Source: Scyliorhinus canicula (taxonomy: Eukaryota). From it: DNA of 64,000 nt. Below the pieces are notes generated by a model. That model was not told the origin of the DNA, did no database searches, and was given only the letters and a program-made list of their open reading frames with translations. The stretch lies in the NCBI RefSeq assembly GCF_902713615.1, contig NC_052154.1, positions 92,077,030 to 92,141,029 of the forward strand. The letters run 5' to 3'. The position numbers and the translations under genes are program-made. This document shows positions 41,851-50,890 of the stretch, in pieces. Position 1 is the first letter of the stretch, and each line of letters opens with the position of its first letter.

Positions 41851-41886
41851 CGAATGTTAGGCGGAAATATCTCAAATTATAAGGTG
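41851..41886 (-). other. Candidate 36-nt exon downstream of the TM exon (cytoplasmic relic or 3' UTR exon)
   Basis: Strong pyrimidine tract tgtttattctctcgtttgtcacag|, donor TTCG|gtaaaa, phase 1-1, open as (A)PYNLRYFRLTF. Based on splice signals only. Confidence 0.35.
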
Positions 41887-42125
41887 CTGTGACAAACGAG
41901 AGAATAAACACTCAGGATTTACTTTGATTAATTTAATGTCTTCTTTTACAATATGGGCCATGTTTGGATTCACTAACGGTCAATTCTATTTCTAATTTTG
42001 TGAATTGTTTTCGATATTTTCCGAGAGCACCTCGCAATCTGTTTGTTGTTGGATGCAAGCGATAGCCCAGCGAATTCGGGTGAAACACACAATTAGTCTG
42101 CAATAATATATTGCTTACCTTTAAA

Positions 42126-42226
42126 TCAGCTCCGTTTGAAATGGACGACAATCATAATTATCAAAATGAGAATCACGAGGAAGCCTAATACAAAACGAGG
42201 GATCAGAGCAACCTGGAACCTGTGAA
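42126..42226 (-). CDS. VJ-C1 IgSF receptor gene, transmembrane exon with Arg and short tail (HRFQVALIPRFVLGFLVILILIIMIVVHFKRS*)
   Basis: Phase-1 acceptor ctacactttag|TT. Encodes a long hydrophobic stretch with one Arg near its outer end, a basic stop-transfer HFKRS and TGA at 42128-42126. A strong donor AAAG|gtaagc follows at 42119/42118, making a symmetric 108-nt exon. It is not in the supplied ORF track. Linkage to the C1 exon is inferred. Confidence 0.75.
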
Positions 42227-42659
42227 CTAAAGTGTAGGATTTACAGGAATCATATAAATTTAGGATACAAGAACAGGATTGAAATGAATGGACACATAAT
42301 TACAATATATCTAAGTACAATAAGGACGGACATGCCGTATGTGGGTTTTAGAACATAGAACATAGAACAGACAATGCAGAATCAAAAATGAAGCAAATTA
42401 GTTATGTTCTGCAGTATGTTTCCATTATATGAAATGCGGGAGGACTGCGTCCATATATGTAAATTCAAGGATGCATTGCTGGAACCAGTCCTCACGAAAT
42501 CACTAAATTGTTAACAGAAACTGACTTATGCTCCACGGTTTCCCGTGTTCAGTGGATCCAAATAAAATGCAGTTGTTCCAGAAATAAACAATGGTCTTAA
42601 GGTCATTTATGTGCAACAAAAGAACAATTTGCAAGTTACCTAATTGCAAGGTAATTTCA

Positions 42660-43000
42660 AATAACAAAGAAAAGTACAGAACAGGAACAGGCCCTTCGGC
42701 CCTCCAAGCCTGTGCCGATCATGATGCCCTAACTAAAGAAAAACCTTTGGCCCTTTTCTCGGTCCATTGCCCTCTATTTCTTCCCTATTCTGTATTCATC
42801 CAGTAGCCTCATAAATGTTGTTAATATGCATTTTACACCACATCCTCTGGCATTCCAGGCACCCACCACTCTCTGCGTGAAAAACGTATCACACGCATCT
42901 ACCTTAAACTTTCCCCCTCTAATTTTGAACCTACGCCCCTTGTAATTGGCACTTCCACCCTTGGAAAAAGCCTCATTGGACTTCGAATATTTTATTGACC
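42660..43000 (-). mobile_element. CR1 3' end fragment
   Basis: [12 protein letters not shown] (ORF 42774-43040) and a ggcccttcggcc tail stem. Confidence 0.8.
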
Positions 43001-43486
43001 CCCATATCACACACACACCTCCTTGACATCCTCCCCCCACCCCACACCACTCCCATATAAATATTCCAGCTTACTTTGAGAAATACAACTGCATAGAAAT
43101 TTAAATAGTTTGCAGTGAAAAGGAAAGCACGTAGAATCGATGTTTCAATATACTTGCTGGAATTAATTAGTTTTTCATTACTATTTCAGTTCAGCACAGG
43201 GATGAAATGGAAGATTCCCAATACGATACTGAGGACGGAAATTTTGTATGGAAAATAAAATGCCAAAATGATTTCTGGGAAAGACAATTATTATCCATGG
43301 CTCTTCATTCAAGTGCATGATTTTTTGTGCCACTAAGCTAATTTTATAAATGTGAACTAGGGGTTATGACTGTTTTTACTTAATGTCCTTAATACTGGAA
43401 TGCTAGCCATTTTAGTGCGGCTGGGGAACAGCACTCTGTGTTTCTTAGATGAATTGACTGACCAGGATAAACAAGACAAATTTAGA

Positions 43487-45370
43487 ACATAGAACATAGA
43501 ACATTACAGCGCAGTACAGGCCCTTCGGCCCTCGATGTTGTGCCGACCTGTGAAACCATCTGAAGCCTATCTGACCTACACTATTCCATTTTCATCCATA
43601 TGTCTATCCAGTGACCACTTAAATTCCCTTAAAGTTGGCGAGTCTACTACTGTTGCAGGCAGGGCGTTCCACACCCCTACTACTCTCTGAGTAAAGAAAC
43701 TGCCTCTGACATCTGTCCTATATCTACCACCCCTCAATTTAAAGCTATGTCCCCTCGTGTTGGTCATCACCATCCAAGGAAAGAGACTCTCACTGTCCAC
43801 CCTATCTAACCCTCAGACTATCTTATGTCTCTATTAAGTCACCTCTCAGCCTTCTCCTCTCTAACGAAAACAACTTCAAGTCCCTGAGCCTCTCCTCGTA
43901 AGACCTTCCCTCCATACCAGGCAACATCCTAGTAAATCTCCTCTGAACCCTTTCCAAAGCTTCCACATCCTTCCTATAATGTGATGACCAGAATTGCACG
44001 CAGTACTCCAGGAACGGCCGCATCAGAGTTATGTACAGCTGCAGCATGACCTTGTGGCTCCGAAACTCAATCCCCTACTGATAAAGGCTAGCACACCATA
44101 TGCCTTCTTAACAGCCCTATTAAACTGGGTGGCAATTTTCAGGGATTTATGTACCTGGATGCCGAGATCTCTCTGTTCATCTACACTACCAAGAATCTTG
44201 CCATTAGCCCAGTACTCTGCATTCCTGTTACTCCTTCCAAAGTGAACCACCTCACACTTTTCCGCATTAAACTCCATCTGCCACCTCTCAGCCCAGCTCT
44301 GCAGCTTATCTATGTCCCTCTGTATCCTATAACATCCTTCACCACAACTCCACCGACCTTCGTGTCATCTGCAAATTTACTAACCCATCCTTCTACACAC
44401 TCTTCCAGGTCATTTATAAAAATGACAAACAGCAGTGTCCCCAAAGCAGATCCTTGCGGTACACCACTAGTAACTGAACTCCAGGATGAACATTTGCCAT
44501 CAACGACCATCCTCTGTCTTCTTTCAGCTAGCCAATTACTGATCCAAACCGCTAAATCACGTTCAATCCCATACTTCCTTATTTTCTGCAATAGCCTACC
44601 GTGGGGAACCTTATCAAACGCCTTACTGAAATCCATATACACCACATCAACCACTTTACCCTCATCCACCTGTTTGGTCACCTTCTCAAAAAACTCAATA
44701 AGGTTTATGAGGCATGACCTACCCTTCACAAAACCGTGTTGAGTATCGCAAATCAACTTGTTCTTTTCAAGATGATTATAAACCCTATCTCTTATAACCT
44801 TTTCCAACATTTTACCCACAACCGAAGTAAGGCTCGCAGGTCTATAATTACCAGCGTTGTCTCTACTTCCCTTCTTGAACAAGGGGACAACATTTGCTAT
44901 CCTCCAGTCTTCCGGCACTATTGCTGTCGACAAAGACGACATAAAGATCAAGGACAAAGGCTCTGCAATCTCCTCCCTGGCTTCCTAGAGTATCCTAGGA
45001 TAAATCCCATCTGGCCCAGGGGACTTATCTATTTTTACACTTTCCAAAATTGCTAACACCTCCGCCTTGTGAACCTCAATCCCATCTAGCCTGGTCGACT
45101 GAACCTGAGTATTCTCCTCGACAACGTTGTCTTTCTCCAGTGTAAACACCGACGAAAAATATCCATTTAACGCTTCCGCTATCTCCTCTGATTCCACACA
45201 CAACTTTCCACTACTATCCTTGATTGGCCCTAATCTTACTCTAGTCATTCTTTTGTTCCTGGTATACCTATAGAAAGCCTTAGGGTTTTCCTTGATCCTA
45301 TCCACCAACGACTTTTCGTGTCCTCTCCTCGCTCTTCTTAACTCTCCCTTTAGGTCCTTCCTGGCTAACA
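43487..45370 (-). mobile_element. 5'-truncated CR1 LINE inside the C1-TM intron
   Basis: ORFs 44985-45371, 44310-44957 (PQGSALG, FADD), 44029-44277, 43823-44047 and 43576-43800. Tail (agaacat)n at about 43487-43505. Confidence 0.92.
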
Positions 45371-46108
45371 TTTGAGATGCTATTAACGATAAACGGGACT
45401 TGCCTTCGGACTTTTGGGCATTCTGAATGTCATAGACAAGATTTGTTTCACATAAGCAAGAAAGTGGTAGTAGTTAAGTCCACAATGCATGCCTGTGGTA
45501 GATCTTTTGTGGATCGAAGAAAAAAATGTCTATGTGATTACGTATTAACAGTAAAATGCAAAGATGACCCTTAATTACGTCTACTGTTTGTGAATATTTA
45601 CTGAAGTATTGATTGAGGCCGACAGCTGTGGACCAAACAAATAGAATTGTGTAAGTGAAAATTCTGCTTTCAATGGATTCATGATAACGCGGTATGTGGT
45701 GTGACATATATTTTGATGCAGATATTTTTTTAAGATCTTCAGAGAGATGGAAAGGTAGAAGGTGGACACATAGAATCCACAGTTTTGGTTTAGCTGGACT
45801 TCTACCACATATAAATGATTATATTGCATTCTGCAACCCCAAACTTCTTGTGCACATTTGCAGTGTGGCAGGGCGGGGACGATGTTCACGGGTCGTTGAA
45901 TTTTAAGGACCTGGACAAAAACCATGAAAAGGTTTCGAAATAACGATATTAATTTCAATGTTGCTAGAATGTAGTCTCTGTTGCTGTTTAAAAAGCAAAT
46001 TACTGTGGATGGTGGAATCTGAAACTAAAGAGAAAATGTTTCAAAATGTTCCGGCATTTTCTCTGTGGTCTCTGTTGCTGTTGATGATCTGTAAATAACT
46101 GAACTTAC

Positions 46109-46438
46109 AATTGTTGTTTGCTCCACCAGTTGGCACACCTTTCCAATTTAGGGCATTGAAGGTGACATTAACTGGAATCTTAAGAGTCCGATGAGCTACT
46201 TGGCAGGTTACGTAACGAAGAGTTGGTGTGACTTCCAAGCAGCTGGAAAGTTCATAAAGTCCTTCGGAATTTAGTTTTATAACTGTATTTATCCCAGTCT
46301 CAATACGAAAGCCATCCTTGTACCAAGTCACATTGATACGATCCGGGTAAAACGCTGCCGTTTTACATAAAATAATTAGAGTTTTGGATGCATTAATGTC
46401 AGGTAATTCGGACTTGATGCTCAACGGAATTGGAGGAA
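46109..46438 (-). CDS. VJ-C1 IgSF receptor gene, C1-set domain exon
   Basis: Acceptor ctctctctgctttattttgcag|TT, consensus donor AATT|gtaagt, 330 nt, phase 1-1. C1-set motifs LCKTAAFYPDRINVTWYKDG, GLYELSSCLEV and YVTCQVAHRTL are present. Confidence 0.92.
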
Positions 46439-47441
46439 CTGCAAAATAAAGCAGAGAGAGACGTGTTTATGTTGATGCCAGCTTCCTAATAAAAGGCATT
46501 GGCTAATCATTCGATTTTCACTTGTCCATAAACTCTCCGCCATATTTTGCGGCGTTTACAGAGCAATTATGTTTTGCACCCGCTACAGGGTATCTTGAAA
46601 GAGCATGAGGTGCGCAAACACTGTGTATCACTTTGAGGAGTTTGAATGAATCAAAAGGTGAATAATATGGGATCTAACCCATTTGCTAGCAGAGTTAAGT
46701 CAAAATCAAAACAGCCTCGGAAAGTGATATTGCAAGTAAATATATGTAGGATTAAGGAACAATGGTGAAACAGTCAGGAAATCAGTAGAAAATGTGATGA
46801 ATATCTGTATATAGTACATGACAATTGTATGATTTGAGATATATTCTGAAATTGTTTGGAACTAAGTGTGCCGTGCAGTGATTAGAGAATCGAGATGAGG
46901 GCTTCGTTAATAATTATAGTTCCTTCGCAACAGCTGAATCTTAATGTTGAATAATATCATTAAGTGATAAAAGCGAATTTGCAGCCCCATTGGACAACAG
47001 TTATCGATATATTTTATTGACTTTCATTTAAATATAAATCAGAAGAGCAAAAAAAGTGATACCAATTAGTTACAACGTGCTCCATATTTTGCTGCGAAGT
47101 CAGGATCTACTGCAGTCAATTCATCAATTAAATACCAATGGAATTGCATTATAGTTGTCACACACAAATGGGGATTCATTTAAATTTTATCAAAGTGGAA
47201 AGTTCATGACATGTGATTAACAGTCTGCTGTATCTCTCTCTCGTGTGTCCTTCATATCACTTTGCATAACTCGCAGTGAACCGTGAAGTATTATTTTCCA
47301 TTGCAATGCAAATAATATGTCTTACCAGAGCCACCGGAAAGCAACAATCAAAGTTCAATAATCATATTAATTATAATACATATTCGATATCACCTGTTCT
47401 CAATTATGTACAGAATAATGTAAGGTGCGATTTTCGATTAC

Positions 47442-47762
47442 CGTAGACGACAAGCGTGGACCCAGTTCCATTTGTAAATAGGTTATCCAGATGTTTTACT
47501 CCGCAGTAATAGACTCCAGAATCTGCGACCTGGACTTTCAGGAGCTGAAGAGAGGCTTCACCTTTCCTCAAACGAACAATTTTTTTTCTACTGTCCGTTC
47601 CCGGCTGCAGGAAGTCAGTGTCGCCCAGTTTCCACCAATAAATATTCGCTTTCGAAATATCTTGAAGAAAATGAAACGCGCAATGAAATGTAAAGTTATC
47701 ACCTTCCATCCCGTGAGCATTTTGGGGGGCTTGGAATACTTTCCTCTGACCATCAGCAATAT
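47442..47762 (-). CDS. VJ-C1 IgSF receptor gene, V-set domain exon with germline-encoded J-like strand
   Basis: Acceptor ttattcctcacag|AT, donor TACG|gtaatc, 321 nt, phase 1-1. Translation: (D)IADGQRKVFQAPQNAHGMEGDNFTFHC...IYWWK...ASLQLLKVQVADSGVYYCGVKHLDNLFTNGTGSTLVVY. Both Ig cysteines, the C-strand Trp, DxGxYxC and a GxG-T-L-V-V G strand are present. Confidence 0.92.
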
Positions 47763-47927
47763 CTGTGAGGAATAAATGTAAACAGTAAGAACATTATTCT
47801 CGGGCATCAAAAGTAAAAGTGGAAGAAAAGGAAAAAGAGATTTAGAGCGGGTTGGGGATGAGGGTAGAGGGTCGGGGTAGTTGGGCGGGATGGGGGTAGG
47901 GAGGGGCTAAGAACGTTAAAGATATAC

Positions 47928-47985
47928 CTGTGTAGGTAATGAGGAGAAGATGTACACATGGAAGCAAAACAGCATCCAAAAACAT
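47928..47985 (-). CDS. VJ-C1 IgSF receptor gene, leader exon (MFLDAVLLPCVHLLLITYT)
   Basis: ATG at 47985, then 19 hydrophobic codons plus 1 nt and a phase-1 donor ACAG|gtatat. It splices in frame to the V exon across a 165-nt intron. Confidence 0.8.
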
Positions 47986-48199
47986 GTTCAACAGAGGAAA
48001 TATCGATTCACCATCAGGTGGCACTGAGCCCAGGTTGCTTCAATGTCGCATAAGTAATTAACTCAAAGTCACTTCCACGTGGTGCCTGCCGAAAGAATGA
48101 GATAAATCAACGGATTATGGAACAATCAGTCATTCGCATCACACCTGGTCAGAACATTTGAAGAATCATTCGTATAAACCGCAGAGCATGGTTGTTGTG

Positions 48200-48520
48200 C
48201 TGCTCATTGAATTGGATTGGATTGATTTGTTTATTGTCACGTGTACCGAGGTACAGTGGAAAGTATTCATCTGCATATAGTTCAGACAGATTATTCCACA
48301 CATGAAAAAGAAAGTACATAGGACAAACAGAAAATACACAATCCAAATACATAGACATTGGGTGACGCATGCAGGAGAGAAGATGTGTTAAGGTATCAGA
48401 TACGTATAGGTATCAGATAGAGGGTCGTTTAGGAGTCTGGTAACTGCGGGGAAGAAGCTGTTTTTCAATCTGTTAGTGCGTGTTCTCAGACTTCTGTATC
48501 TCCTGTTCGATGGAAGAAAT
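48200..48520 (-). mobile_element. Probable non-LTR retroelement 3' end with (CCAAT)n-type tail
   Basis: (attgg)n followed by tttattgtcacgtgtaccgaggtacagtg has the look of a retroposon tail. Family not assigned. Confidence 0.45.
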
Positions 48521-49899
48521 TGGAAGAATGAAGCAGTCAGGTGGGACAGATGATTTGCTACATCGGAAATATATCATGGGGGTTAATAGCTCATTTGTCG
48601 ATTGGTAGACTCTAACTATTGGGTGCCACACGGATCATTACTGTGGTCTCAAATATGTGCCATCTATATTAGTGACAGAATTAGGTGACCTAATATATTG
48701 CAGTCGCATTTTCTGAGATAGGTATGAAGCCAATTGATCGGAAAGATGAAACAAGTCTGCAAAGAGATATCGTCATCATAACAGAGCCGTCAAAACACGG
48801 GTACGTGAAGTTTGATGTGGTAAAACATGAGATTAACCACATTAGTGCAAATTATATTAAAGTAGAATGATATTTAAAAGGAGAGAAACTTCAGACGGTT
48901 GTGTCACAGAGCGATTTGTCTTCCTATTTGAAGTTTAAACTGTTGGCAGACGCAGCCCGCAATTAGAAAGGAACATGCAGTCGTGCTCTTTTTTTCAAGA
49001 CTGGACTTTCAATGTAGGGGAGTATTGTAACAAATGGGTCGGGCATTCATCAAATCGCACGGACCCTTGTGTCCTCCTCATTTAAGGACGGATAATATTT
49101 CTATCAGGGACAGTTCAAATGAGGTTCCCTATTTTAATTCATGAGATGGGCATTTATTTTGTGAGACACCTTAGAGTCGTCGGTCCGAAACTCACTGGAG
49201 CTTGACCGAATGAGAGGTGATATTGTTGAATTAAATAAAATGCTATGCGGTCTTGAAAGGAAGCTACCAATGTGAGGTCGTGGGGGTCGTGTTGGAATCT
49301 AGCATAGTGGCGCCATTTTACAGTGCGGAGTCACCCATTTAAAATGAAAATGTTGAGAAATGCATGCTTTCAGACTCTCCTCAACCGTGGAAATTCCCTG
49401 AAACGGTGCACTGAAGGCTGGATTATTTTAGAGATGCTAGGCTCAGTTAGACTGAGTTTTGATCAGCAAAGCAGTTCACTGTTATGAAGAAAACAGAATC
49501 AAGTGGAATTAGGGCAGCTGTGGCTGTATTGAATGGTAGTGTAGGCTGAAAACGAAATGGCCTGGTTCAGCTTCTATTGTGTTCTTGTGTTTATGTGCTC
49601 TGCAGCATTCACAATTGAATTTTCTCCACCATTCACTGTCTTGAAATCAACTGCCTAGGCCGGTAGCCCTGGATTTATCACTCTAAATCACTCCAACATC
49701 CTATCTCCCTTTAATCTTTATAAGGCTCTGTAAACTGAACACTTCAAAGAAGCATGTGGTAATCTCTCGTAACATTGCTTGTGATACGTTGACTTTTCAG
49801 TCTTGTGCATACCAAGTGTAGTTTTTGGTTTGATACTCTTCTTCTACAATCTCTGGCGTAAAATGGCAAATGCCGAGCTACACAATTGTACATTCCATA

Positions 49900-50500
49900 T
49901 CGCTGTAAATTCAGCAATTCCTGGAGATAAAGTGATCTGCAGTTTTCAAAGTTCTATTATTTGTAGTTAAAGAAATTGGGTATCAGAATTTGGGGGGGGA
50001 TTGGTGGAGTATCTGTGTCTTTCTAAAGGTGATAGTGAAACTATAATCGGAAACCCCTTTTGAAAAACATTGATCATTCTCACAGGAACCCATTCTCACA
50101 GGAGGGCACTGGCTTCTGCAAAGCAGCAATTCCATATTGTCTTGCGTGATAACTTCTTTGAGGATTTCAGTCATCTCGTTAAAGAGATTACTATGTTTTC
50201 TGAATTGGGTGTGTATTTCATCAACATATCCATCAAATGGCACAGAAAACATGATAACAACTTCTATACTTATTACGAAAGGTGCTATGGCACCTCATGC
50301 ATCACTCCACATAAAGGTGATCAATCTATTCACCACCAGCAATGGCTCTGGACATTATTCCATTGTGAAATGTTTACACAGCTCTGTCAGAGCTTTGAAG
50401 TTCGGACTAATAGTTTCCAAAAAAAACCCCTATGGCAATATATGCATTCTTTTTCTGGCTGACAAATATGCTGCACCCACGACTGACACATGGGAAGTTG
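49900..50500 (-). mobile_element. Old RTE-type LINE RT remnant
   Basis: Minus frame GAIAPFV...FRKHSNLFN...MELLLCRSQC...SFTITFRKTQILHQSPP resembles RTE/BovB GCVLAPTLF...GKLFN...ELQYADDC...GLTISLKKTEVLHQP. Confidence 0.55.
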
Positions 50501-50689
50501 GACATTTTAGACAGTATATGCACTCCCGAGGACACGAGCTTGGAATTTCCGAGTACTAAAGTAGTTCAAAGAGCAGATATAGAATTGTAGCGTCTCTACT
50601 GCGCAAAAGGAGACCATTCAGCCCACCGACTCTGCACCGTCCCTCAAAAGAGTACACTACCTGGGCCCAATTCCCCGTAACATCACCTA

Positions 50690-50890
50690 ACCTTTGGACA
50701 CTAAGGGGTAATTTAGCATGGCCAATCCAGCTAATTTGCACATCTTTGGACTGTGGGACTAAACCGGAGCACCCGGAGGAAACCGACTCACACACGGGAG
50801 AACGTACAAACTCCAGGCGACAGATCCGCATGGCCGGAATCGAATCCTCGCACTCTGAGACAGCATTGCGAACCACTGTGCCACAATGCC
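50690..50890 (-). mobile_element. V-SINE remnant
   Basis: Reverse complement of the V core (ggaaaccggagcacccggaggaaacc on the plus strand). Confidence 0.75.

Noticed and set aside
45581-45958. 125-aa minus-strand ORF that might be a second, degenerate C1 exon
   Set aside because: It lacks FYP, the C-strand Trp pattern and YxCxVxH, and its acceptor gives an immediate stop in phase 1.
47326-47365. Leader-like MIIEL*LLLSGGS followed by a phase-1 donor (G|gtaaga) inside the V-C1 intron
   Set aside because: It contains a stop and no V exon follows it. Probably chance, though a relic leader cannot be excluded.
47442-47762. Rearranging TCR/Ig V segment
   Set aside because: The V runs directly into a J-like strand and a splice donor with no RSS heptamer, and no separate D or J segments were seen before C1.
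47842-48024. ORF-track N-terminal extension MPPDGES... of the leader
   Set aside because: It starts at GTG, not ATG. The first in-frame ATG is at 47985.
50070-50559. Plus-strand ORFs with faint Ig V-like (ISIKWHRK, ASLHIK) or piggyBac-like (DNFF) words
   Set aside because: No cysteine/tryptophan framework or splice sites. The opposite strand fits an RTE RT better.
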